Source of the DNA: a virus
Lineage: Duplodnaviria > Caudoviricetes
Reading direction: 5' to 3' (one strand)
IMG/VR virus record: IMGVR_UViG_3300023296_001269
Coordinates: 1-53,377 of that record
Length of the DNA: 53,377 nucleotides
Shown: positions 43,384-51,745 of the stretch, in pieces
Numbering within the stretch: position 1 is the stretch's first letter
Layout: each line of letters starts with the position of its first letter
The notes under the pieces: generated by a model
Seen by the model: only the letters and a program-made list of their open reading frames with translations
What the model was told of the DNA's origin: nothing
The model's database searches: none
Made by a program: the position numbers and the translations under genes

Positions 43384-44016
43384 TTAACCGAATACCCAAT
43401 CCCAGGTAACCCCCACCTGGCTGGATGGTAGTTTTACAACCTGATCGGCTGTTTCAAAATAGGTACGGGCGGCGATTATGTCTTTAGTGGGGTCACCAAA
43501 TTCTGGGGTGGCCACTAACGCTACGCCAAAAATAGTAGAGTTGGCTGTGTCAGAAAAATCTTTCCCGTGAAACCCAGAAGTACCTTGCGTTTGGGTAAAA
43601 AATGTCAATGTGTTGCCATCTTCTCCTGCGGTGAAAGAGTCTTCGTACCCAGGCTCAATAGCAATGGTTGGCTCCACTAACAGAGGAACCCGTAAAAAGT
43701 CATGGGTGGCGGACAGAGACAGGTCCTGGTAGTACGACAGTCCTTCGTCCCGATCGTATGTGGGAACAGTAACAGGGTCCCCGCTGGATACGGTGTTTTC
43801 GTACTCGAGATATATGGCTGAGATCTTGTAACTACTGTTTCCTTTTCCGATTGTTTGCGCTGCTATGTGTCCCCAGGTATGTTGAATCTGGTTTGACTGG
43901 CTAAACAGATGCTCTACTTTACGGGGGGCGTGGCGGTCCTGTTTTTGAAAATGCACCCGATATACGGAAATACGGCCGTTGATGTTACCGTCGTTAACTT
44001 TATCTTTTTGTCGCAT
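43384..44016 (-). CDS. Baseplate/tail structural protein
   Basis: C-terminal AARTYF...KLPSSQVGVTWDWVF pattern seen in baseplate/collar proteins; AAGGAGG RBS. Confidence 0.6.
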   Translation of the reverse strand: MRQKDKVNDGNINGRISVYRVHFQKQDRHAPRKVEHLFSQSNQIQHTWGHIAAQTIGKGNSSYKISAIYLEYENTVSSGDPVTVPTYDRDEGLSYYQDLSLSATHDFLRVPLLVEPTIAIEPGYEDSFTAGEDGNTLTFFTQTQGTSGFHGKDFSDTANSTIFGVALVATPEFGDPTKDIIAARTYFETADQVVKLPSSQVGVTWDWVFG

Positions 44017-44042
44017 TGGTAGCCTCCTTGCTATTACCTGGG

Positions 44043-45638
44043 TCAGTGAACCACACGAAGTGATACACGAGACGCGTCCATCATAGCAGTAGTTATGGTA
44101 TCGGAAATAGGGGTCATTCCCGTAAAGGTGGTGATAGTTTCTGATAATATGTCATCAGTTACAATGTCACGTTGTCGCGGCATATCCAAAATAAGAATCA
44201 TTGCTGTATGCGCGGGAAGAACCTTGCGAAGTAGCCGTATATTGTGTAGCTCCAAACGGTCTTTTCCGGCGGATATTTGCATACGCACGATAAAGGCATT
44301 ATTTCTGAGGATATTTTTTGCCAAAAATTCTAACGGGTTAATGGTTAGTGGCAGGTGGGCCGCGGTAGGCTCCCCTACACGTGTCTGGCGATGGTCCAGG
44401 AAATGGGCTAGCGTTCCCCTGCGTGCGGTAGCGCCTTCTTCGTCGCAATCACTGGCAGGGTATTGCATCAACTCATCAGCGGCACAGCCGTCGACGGGTT
44501 GCCCCGCTGCGAGGACCCCCCTGGTGTGCATGTCATCAAAAAACTGTGCCACATCTGTAGCGAAACCCCCGAGCCCCCAGGTTACTTTTGTGTACCCAGA
44601 TGCGTGAGCAGCGTCTACGATTAGCGGGACATCCCTGTTTTCAAATACAAGATCCGCATAGAAACATGTAGCCAGGAACCCTTTCCCTAATGCCAGTGCT
44701 CGCACATCCTCCGGTACCCGCCCTGTATTTAACTCGTAAAACTGGAGCGCTGTCGTTAGGGACTCCCCACGAGTAACGGTATCGCCAATAGTGACAGCGG
44801 GGACTGCAGATACATCAAACTTGTATACGGATAAGTCAGTAATGATTAAAAGGTCTTCATTGCTGGCGACAATATCCTTGATCACTTCTTCCATCTCTAT
44901 AACAAGAGGGATTCCGGAGATTGCTGACATAAAGTTAAGAATATCTTGTCGCGTGTTACCCCCCACCAGGGCATCGAATAGGGAGTTCATTACTTCACGG
45001 TACCCCTGACTGGACTGTAGCCTGGCCCCGATAACATAGGCAAATTGCTCGTAAATAGTATCCCAATCGAAATCTCCCCGGTATACCCATAATGTTATTT
45101 CTGTGTCTATAGCCACACCGTCTGCATATATTTTACGAGACGCCACCCGGCTGTCATTGAACGGGTTTTGTTGGAATATAATAGCGGTGTCCGTTAGCCG
45201 GAAATCGATATTCTCTGCCAGCGACAAAGAAGGGGCGGTGAACCGGTTCAATAAGATAGGGGCCGCTACCAGGGAAGCAGGTTTTGGGAAAGCGTAAAAT
45301 TCATTATTTGTAGGGATGTCATACTGTGTCCCGTCTCCGTATGTAGCAGTTTCCCCGTATTTTGCTAAGCCAATATCTCCTGCGTTTAACTGGCTGCCCA
45401 GCAATTGCAAGGGGTACCAATTTTCTTTGTGGTAGATAGGAACCGAATGCCGACTGAGGGCAGAGAGCAGTTCCAATATGTTTACTGTTGTTTGCGACTC
45501 GATCTGCGACTTCCCTTGCACAATCGCTAATGTCTGATCTCGAGACGCATAATCATCGGCCCACCAACTGCCCAGTAGGGCCAGGATGTTTTCCGCTTGA
45601 TCGTATACAGTATTCGGGTATTGGTAATATTCTGGCAT
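44043..45638 (-). CDS. Probable baseplate wedge protein
   Basis: Follows baseplate J; C-terminal LRKVLPAHT resembles the PAH motif of tail-I/wedge proteins. Confidence 0.6.
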   Translation of the reverse strand: MPEYYQYPNTVYDQAENILALLGSWWADDYASRDQTLAIVQGKSQIESQTTVNILELLSALSRHSVPIYHKENWYPLQLLGSQLNAGDIGLAKYGETATYGDGTQYDIPTNNEFYAFPKPASLVAAPILLNRFTAPSLSLAENIDFRLTDTAIIFQQNPFNDSRVASRKIYADGVAIDTEITLWVYRGDFDWDTIYEQFAYVIGARLQSSQGYREVMNSLFDALVGGNTRQDILNFMSAISGIPLVIEMEEVIKDIVASNEDLLIITDLSVYKFDVSAVPAVTIGDTVTRGESLTTALQFYELNTGRVPEDVRALALGKGFLATCFYADLVFENRDVPLIVDAAHASGYTKVTWGLGGFATDVAQFFDDMHTRGVLAAGQPVDGCAADELMQYPASDCDEEGATARRGTLAHFLDHRQTRVGEPTAAHLPLTINPLEFLAKNILRNNAFIVRMQISAGKDRLELHNIRLLRKVLPAHTAMILILDMPRQRDIVTDDILSETITTFTGMTPISDTITTAMMDASRVSLRVVH

Positions 45639-47278
45639 TAGTTACTCCTGTTCACCACATTGATCCCGACGTCATCGGGATACAGCACAAATATGGTTGT
45701 GCGGGGCGTAACTAGTAAACTCGGTGTTGTGGGTATTCGCAATATTTGTGTGTCCCTGATAACTGTGTCACCACCGTCCACCCGACTGATGCGACCGTGC
45801 ATCATTAAAGCCCCAACCGCTTGAGAACCGGTCAGGTAGTTATGAATGACATCATTTAACTGGGATGCATATAGAACACTTGGAAAATCCAGGTTATTTA
45901 CCCATTCTACCAATCCTGCAATAATATCGTCGGTGTCTGGGGATGACTCCCCCACGTCTTTAATCACATCAAAGTTAAGCGTTAAAAAACAGGGGACGGC
46001 AGCTTTTACTAAGATATCTGCCGCCAGGCTTCGGTGGTCGCTGCCTGCCAGGAATTCCTGGATTTCTCTGATATACGGCTGTGTGACGACACTCACGTTG
46101 TACTCCGCAGTGTCTCCTACTGTAAGTCCGCTTGTGGCGGTCACAGTATCCGTGAAGCGAATGATCGCTGTCTGGTATCGTGTGTAGGTCGCTTCATGGA
46201 TACTTTCAATATCTGGTACCCAGGTATCAGTAGACAGGTCCCAGCCCCGTACGTCAGAGGTGGGGGGAAACCCAGCTATATCCAGAGGGTCATCTGGCCG
46301 CCGAATACCTGATACATAGTAGAACCCAGGGGCGTCGTCTCGCCCTAAAGCAAACTGCCATTCTGTGGTTGTGCTATTGATCTTGGTGAGTACAGCCGTT
46401 TTCTTAATAGTGATTGTTTGCGGCATAGGGGCTGTCTGGGAATAAATGTCGATACGCCCACCGCCAGACACGGGAAAGATCCAGTGCTGGTCCCGCTCCA
46501 TCTCCGCATCTCCGTACCCAATAACGGAGTAGTTTTTTGTATCCGCAAATGCAGGCTGCGCTTTTAACAACGCTTTGATGTTTAACCTTCCAGCCGCTAT
46601 TTTCGCAGGAATACCGGATTCCATTCTGGCGACAAGCTGCGTGTTTGTTTCTTCGGAATTTCCGCCGACCAGGTCACTGGAGTTAAACGCCGATACAAAA
46701 CGCGGCGGCACAGGCTCTGGCACAAACTTGCTGCCTGTCCGTAGATTACCGGCCTCTCCTACTATATCTGCAGTAATAGGTACAGAGAACTCATATGTGC
46801 CGTCTCCGCGATCACTCAGGATGCGGTCAGTGGTATTGACAGCTACGTTCCCGGGCGGCCGGGCGGTGATGGCCTCGTCTGTATAGAAATCTAGCCCGTT
46901 GGCCGAATATAACGCGTTGGCGGCGATTACAACGGTTCCGTCCCCTTCTACAATAATTGTGACCTCCCCTTTTGCCCGCGTACCCGTTTTCCGCGAGATA
47001 AGGTAATTGGATAGAATGTGGTCGACTAGTTCATCATCCGCTAGTTCAGGGTTGGTCTGTATTGCTAACAATGAGCGGGAATCCAACACGCGGTTTACTT
47101 CTGTTTGATTCACTCCACCAGAGATGCCGCCTGCAAGAAATGCTACAATATCATGCAGTACGCCGCGTTGGAGTTCTGCCTCTGGGTATTTCTCCTGGAT
47201 CAATTGGGATAATTGCAGCTGCGCCGCTCTTACAACCGCAGGGTCCAACTCGTTAATTGATTGTACTTTTAGACCCAT
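45638..47278 (-). CDS. Baseplate J-like protein
   Basis: SRKTGTRAKGEVTI, GEAGNL, GGNSEETNTQLVAR, GGRIDIY. Confidence 0.85.
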   Translation of the reverse strand: MGLKVQSINELDPAVVRAAQLQLSQLIQEKYPEAELQRGVLHDIVAFLAGGISGGVNQTEVNRVLDSRSLLAIQTNPELADDELVDHILSNYLISRKTGTRAKGEVTIIVEGDGTVVIAANALYSANGLDFYTDEAITARPPGNVAVNTTDRILSDRGDGTYEFSVPITADIVGEAGNLRTGSKFVPEPVPPRFVSAFNSSDLVGGNSEETNTQLVARMESGIPAKIAAGRLNIKALLKAQPAFADTKNYSVIGYGDAEMERDQHWIFPVSGGGRIDIYSQTAPMPQTITIKKTAVLTKINSTTTEWQFALGRDDAPGFYYVSGIRRPDDPLDIAGFPPTSDVRGWDLSTDTWVPDIESIHEATYTRYQTAIIRFTDTVTATSGLTVGDTAEYNVSVVTQPYIREIQEFLAGSDHRSLAADILVKAAVPCFLTLNFDVIKDVGESSPDTDDIIAGLVEWVNNLDFPSVLYASQLNDVIHNYLTGSQAVGALMMHGRISRVDGGDTVIRDTQILRIPTTPSLLVTPRTTIFVLYPDDVGINVVNRSN

Positions 47279-47288
47279 TCCTGGTCTC

Positions 47289-47774
47289 CTATAGCGTCAT
47301 GTTTATAGGGGTATAAGGCAGCGGCAAGATAACTTCACGTGTTGTTTCAGCGTCGCTTGTAAGTGTGACTTGTAATTCCAGCGATCCCGATATCAGTGAG
47401 ATATTGTCTAAAAAGGCACTTTTTAATCGTTCATCTGCAGGAGCTGTTTCCGTGAGATCATTACGGAGATTGATTGCTACCTGTTCTGCAGCAAAATCAA
47501 AGTATGCTTGTACATCAAATTCCGTCCTAATACGTCCTTGTCTGAGGTACGCCAGGAAATCGCTGCCGCGAGTAACTAAGTGATACCCCATTGACCCGCG
47601 TATTGTAAGAAATTCCAGTAACCATTGCTGCGCCAACTTTTGCATGCCCGTACAGACCTCGCCGCCTATTGTAGCGTCAAACAGAGACTGTGCCAGTTGC
47701 ACGTCTCCAGTATCCGTGCCGCCGCGGAACGCCAATATATCGAATTTCTTATTTAAGTAATCTGCAGCACTCAT
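47289..47774 (-). CDS. gp25/GPW-like baseplate protein
   Basis: TGMQKLAQQWLLEFLTIRGS...RGSDF...DERL; start 47774 with GGAGG RBS. Confidence 0.65.
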   Translation of the reverse strand: MSAADYLNKKFDILAFRGGTDTGDVQLAQSLFDATIGGEVCTGMQKLAQQWLLEFLTIRGSMGYHLVTRGSDFLAYLRQGRIRTEFDVQAYFDFAAEQVAINLRNDLTETAPADERLKSAFLDNISLISGSLELQVTLTSDAETTREVILPLPYTPINMTL

Positions 47775-48271
47775 ACAGTACCTCCGGCCGAGGACTCTTT
47801 CGCCCCACCTGCTGCGATAAATGAGGCCACCTCGCCCTCTATTCCGCGAGTTGCAGCCCATACAGACCCGTGGCCTTGCCCGTATCGGCGGGCGTGCCCT
47901 AGACATGTCGCACGGCACATAGATGTGTGGCGGCTGCGGAAGGCCCGCTCCTCCATAGCATTATAATCAATTTGCATCTTTATCGCGATAACGTCTCCAT
48001 TGGTGCCAGGTGCTGCTATGTCTTTAGTTACTGTATCGTACTGTTTATTTAATTCCTCTCGGGCGAAGGCTGGTTTATGCAGATTAGGGACATCCAGCAA
48101 ACTTGTTTTTAACACAGAAGGTACTTGCCACTGTCGTTGGTGTTTTCCTTGCAGTGCGTTCTGTGTTTCTTTCGCCTGCCTTTGCAGCTCGCGTAACCTG
48201 TCCGTGAAGGTCGCATCTGGTGTAGCCTTTGTTTTTCCCTTATTCCCGCCGTACTTTCCAAGTGGCATCAT
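47771..48271 (-). CDS. Hypothetical protein
   Basis: 166-aa ORF coupled to both neighbours. Confidence 0.75.
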   Translation of the reverse strand: MMPLGKYGGNKGKTKATPDATFTDRLRELQRQAKETQNALQGKHQRQWQVPSVLKTSLLDVPNLHKPAFAREELNKQYDTVTKDIAAPGTNGDVIAIKMQIDYNAMEERAFRSRHTSMCRATCLGHARRYGQGHGSVWAATRGIEGEVASFIAAGGAKESSAGGTV

Positions 48272-49068
48272 TCACCTCCAAATAGTTGGTGCCCGACACG
48301 TTCATCGAGCATAGCTTGTATTTTTGCTTTTCGCTGGCTGACTGCTCCCGGGGACAAGTTTAACTTCTCTGCTAACGCAGAATTGGAGAGGGTGGCCGCC
48401 CCACGTAACCCGAGGGTGTATTCCATGATAGTTTGATCTGTTGCGTTTAGATCATGATACACCATATCCTGCCAGGCGTCTGCCGCGGTACTTGCGCCAG
48501 GGATATTTGACGCAGGCGAGTAGACGTCCCCTTCTGTATCTAAAATAGATCCCGAGTTTACAGCAGATTTGGCCCCACGGATATGCCCAATTCGTTTTAA
48601 AGATAACCCGCTACGGTCTGCGATTTCCGCATCACTGGGTTCCCGCCCCAGGTCTGCCGTTAATTGGCTCTCCACATTATTCAGGTTACCCCTGTCTATT
48701 GCGATACGTTCTGGAATAGTAATTGCCTGATTCGCTTGAGCAGATACCCGTTGTAATCGCCGCAGTCGGGATAGCAGGTGGGTCCGCATAGTTCCCTGCT
48801 GCGGGTTGTATGAGCCAAACGCATCCAGTGCCAGTAGCTTAGCCTGCCCTTTTATATGTGGGCTAGGTTTTGCCCCGGCATAAGAATATATGGCACGATC
48901 AATAATCGGTTGTGTCGCCTTCAGCAGCTGTCCCCGTGTTTTATTGTCATTGTTTGCCTGCCATGCAGAATACGCTCCCGCAATCTCTGGTTCGAGATTC
49001 TGGGGACTGCCGGATTGAAACGGCATTTCGCCGCCCAACTCTTTTTTTAAATTATCCGCAAATGTCAT
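48268..49068 (-). CDS. Phage RNA polymerase sigma factor (sigma70 family, FliA/SigF-like)
   Basis: Region 2 AFGSYNPQQGTMRTHL, region 3 LGREPSDAEIADRSGLS, region 4 HTH LAEKLNLSPGAVSQRKAKI. Confidence 0.85.
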   Translation of the reverse strand: MTFADNLKKELGGEMPFQSGSPQNLEPEIAGAYSAWQANNDNKTRGQLLKATQPIIDRAIYSYAGAKPSPHIKGQAKLLALDAFGSYNPQQGTMRTHLLSRLRRLQRVSAQANQAITIPERIAIDRGNLNNVESQLTADLGREPSDAEIADRSGLSLKRIGHIRGAKSAVNSGSILDTEGDVYSPASNIPGASTAADAWQDMVYHDLNATDQTIMEYTLGLRGAATLSNSALAEKLNLSPGAVSQRKAKIQAMLDERVGHQLFGGE

Positions 49069-50717
49069 TGGACTAATTTCTCCACACCAATACCGTCGTG
49101 CTCTATTAACTTGGCCCCTTGCCATGAGGTGTCATAAAGGGCATGTCCTGCCATCGAGAACCCTGGTTCTGTATTTTCTGCGTCTGTGCGAATATGCGAC
49201 ACACCAAAGGCGGTGCCGGCCGTCTGGTTTTGGGCACTGATTGTATACGCCACTTGAATAACGGTGGCGTATACGTCACTGCTGGTGACTACTTCGTTGC
49301 GGAACTGCGGCACAGTCCCGGCTTCAATTTTCACACTGGATCCGGGGGCGATATCAAAACGAAGTTTTCCACCTATTTCTCCTACGCGGCCTTTTAACGC
49401 TTCCGTAATATACCACTGTTCTGCATATCTGGAAATGATACTTTGATAACCCTTAAACCGCTCGGTGAATACAGCTGCCGGTGCGTTATCCTGTCCTACC
49501 CCGTCTTCATCTTGGGCAGTACCGATGGGGGCGTTGTCCATCCCTTCTGCTTGTGCGCTATGAAAATGCTCCGAGATAGGGTCTGTGAGCCATCTGGGGG
49601 GTGATTTAATTAATACCATTCCTGTCTTATCTTTAGAGGGGGAGTAGTAGCTTGCAAATCCGCCTCTATCTGCGGGAATGAATGATTTATTTAGATCAAG
49701 TCCGGAAGTTGATTTCATAGGATGCACCATCCCTACGCCGCGGAGCACCTGGTTTAGTTGCGTGTTTAGATTGGCCATGTCGTAATCTTCATCCCCGATT
49801 ACTGACCACGGCTCCCCTTTTAAACTAGGGGTGTAGGGGATAACTAACGCGTCCTCAACACGTGGGGCTACAGCGAACCGATAGGCGGGTGCCCAGTCTC
49901 CAATTAGTTTGCCCCACAAAGTTGTATTTATCCAGTTCCCTCCTGATTCTTGTTTTAACGCTTTTATGATGCCGCTAGCGACAACATCATCTGCTACACC
50001 TAATTTTAGTAAATTTAATTTGGCTCCGTACTCACTTGGGCCAATACGGTCGATAGCATCTATGATATCTGGGTCAACGGCGGTTCCGTCTCCTTTTAAC
50101 ATTTGCGCATCAAACGGGTCAGAAGCTGCTGTCTCACGCATCCATGTATGTAATATATTTCCCCAAATATCCGATAAAGAGGCCGCGTTTACGAGCTCTT
50201 TTGTTACAGGAGGGAGCCATCGTGTAAGCCCACTTGCAGGGGCAGCCCCTGGGTTACCAATTACTCCAAAGATGGCCGGGTATGTAAAATCGCTGGGATT
50301 GCCAGGATGGCTTGACGCTGCTATTGCAGAGGCGTAATTAAGGGCCCCTAGCCAATGCAGCATATGAATTGTAAAGTTAGCCCCCTCAGCGGTACGGTGC
50401 CACCCTGCCCCCACAATTTTTCCTTTGAAGATTTTAATCTCTTCTTTATTAGGCACACCTGGGATTGTACGATCTGGAATGCCTACATCTGCTGTTAAAA
50501 ATACCTCGACATCCTGCTGTATTCTTAAAGAATTTGCTGTTGTATGAATCGTAGCCAATTGGTTGTCGTCTTCTATACTCCGACCCACCGCAATTGACAG
50601 TACCCCTGTAGGGATGCTGTTTAATGCAAACGTACTACTGTATTGTAATATGTCATTAAACTCTTCACCGGCAATAACAGCCCGTAACGATAATTTAATT
50701 ACTGCGTGTTTCGTCAT
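49065..50717 (-). CDS. Probable baseplate hub (gpD/gp27-like) protein
   Basis: IFKGKIVG in the N-terminal barrel and GKLRFDIAPGSSVKI...VIQVAYTI at the C-terminus; position upstream of gp25/J. Confidence 0.55.
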   Translation of the reverse strand: MTKHAVIKLSLRAVIAGEEFNDILQYSSTFALNSIPTGVLSIAVGRSIEDDNQLATIHTTANSLRIQQDVEVFLTADVGIPDRTIPGVPNKEEIKIFKGKIVGAGWHRTAEGANFTIHMLHWLGALNYASAIAASSHPGNPSDFTYPAIFGVIGNPGAAPASGLTRWLPPVTKELVNAASLSDIWGNILHTWMRETAASDPFDAQMLKGDGTAVDPDIIDAIDRIGPSEYGAKLNLLKLGVADDVVASGIIKALKQESGGNWINTTLWGKLIGDWAPAYRFAVAPRVEDALVIPYTPSLKGEPWSVIGDEDYDMANLNTQLNQVLRGVGMVHPMKSTSGLDLNKSFIPADRGGFASYYSPSKDKTGMVLIKSPPRWLTDPISEHFHSAQAEGMDNAPIGTAQDEDGVGQDNAPAAVFTERFKGYQSIISRYAEQWYITEALKGRVGEIGGKLRFDIAPGSSVKIEAGTVPQFRNEVVTSSDVYATVIQVAYTISAQNQTAGTAFGVSHIRTDAENTEPGFSMAGHALYDTSWQGAKLIEHDGIGVEKLVQ

Positions 50718-51745
50718 AGATCGTTCCTCTGCGGTAAACGCATTGTACGATCGGCGACCGCTAGTAATAGTGCTGTAAATTTCATAGGGGCTTCATGACT
50801 GTTCCTATATATGTTATGCCATGTGACAACAGGTTCCTCTGCCTGTGGGGGGAAGATATCTGCTAACCCGGTTTCCCCGGCAATGTTAATCATCTGTCCC
50901 AACAATTCAGCAATATTGAATTGCGGTTTTGCTGTGGCAGTGATCTGGGCAAGATAACCTGGCGGGGCGTCGTGCAGGTAAAACAACAATTCCGACCCCG
51001 GTAATAAGATGGCTGTATTCTCATCGTCAACCACGACCAGCTGGGTGAGGGCCGGGAACCGGCGCCTGGTAACCATGACGTATCCCGGAGAAAGTACTGT
51101 AACATCCCATACTTGTTCTGCAACGCCGTTCCCCATGTCTGCTTTGTAAGTGCCCGCGATGTGTGTGATATGTGCTGTGCCCGCTAGTTGTTTTACTGTT
51201 GTTCTAAAGGCAGTATCAAACAGATCGTCTTTGAACGGCAGGTACGACAGGCGGGGGCTGTAGGCCGTGATATCTTCAGATAACGGGGTAGCGTGCATCA
51301 TTTGCATGATCTGCCGCATACGGTAGTTCAAGAATAACCGGTCAGGCCGTTGCCCGAATAGAATCTGGTGCACCCGTGAAATAGGGCGGTTTAGCAGACG
51401 CGGCACAAACTCTTCAGAAATGTACTCTTCCCCGTAATCTGATAGTCTCGCGCCTTCTTTTTGTCTGTTCAATAGCAACGTCCGCACATGATTTACCAAT
51501 GGCGGCATAGATGTATAAGTAACAAGGTTAGAAGGCATATCGAATACTTCATTTAAAAGCGGTTCCTCGATGTCCGACAGGCTTTCGCTGCTGGATGATA
51601 AGATAACGCTACCAAGGCTGACGGATGACCGGCTACTGCTGCTCCACCACGGCGCGCTCGACGAGCTGGACGCACTGTCGCTCTCGCTAGAAGAGGACGA
51701 CGGTGTTTCAACTGCCGGCGATGTAAAGTGCCAAAAACGTAACAT
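50714..51745 (-). CDS. Hypothetical virion protein with N-terminal Ser tract
   Basis: PSSSSSESDSASSSSSAPWWSSSSRSS; coupled to neighbours. Confidence 0.75.
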   Translation of the reverse strand: MLRFWHFTSPAVETPSSSSSESDSASSSSSAPWWSSSSRSSVSLGSVILSSSSESLSDIEEPLLNEVFDMPSNLVTYTSMPPLVNHVRTLLLNRQKEGARLSDYGEEYISEEFVPRLLNRPISRVHQILFGQRPDRLFLNYRMRQIMQMMHATPLSEDITAYSPRLSYLPFKDDLFDTAFRTTVKQLAGTAHITHIAGTYKADMGNGVAEQVWDVTVLSPGYVMVTRRRFPALTQLVVVDDENTAILLPGSELLFYLHDAPPGYLAQITATAKPQFNIAELLGQMINIAGETGLADIFPPQAEEPVVTWHNIYRNSHEAPMKFTALLLAVADRTMRLPQRNDL

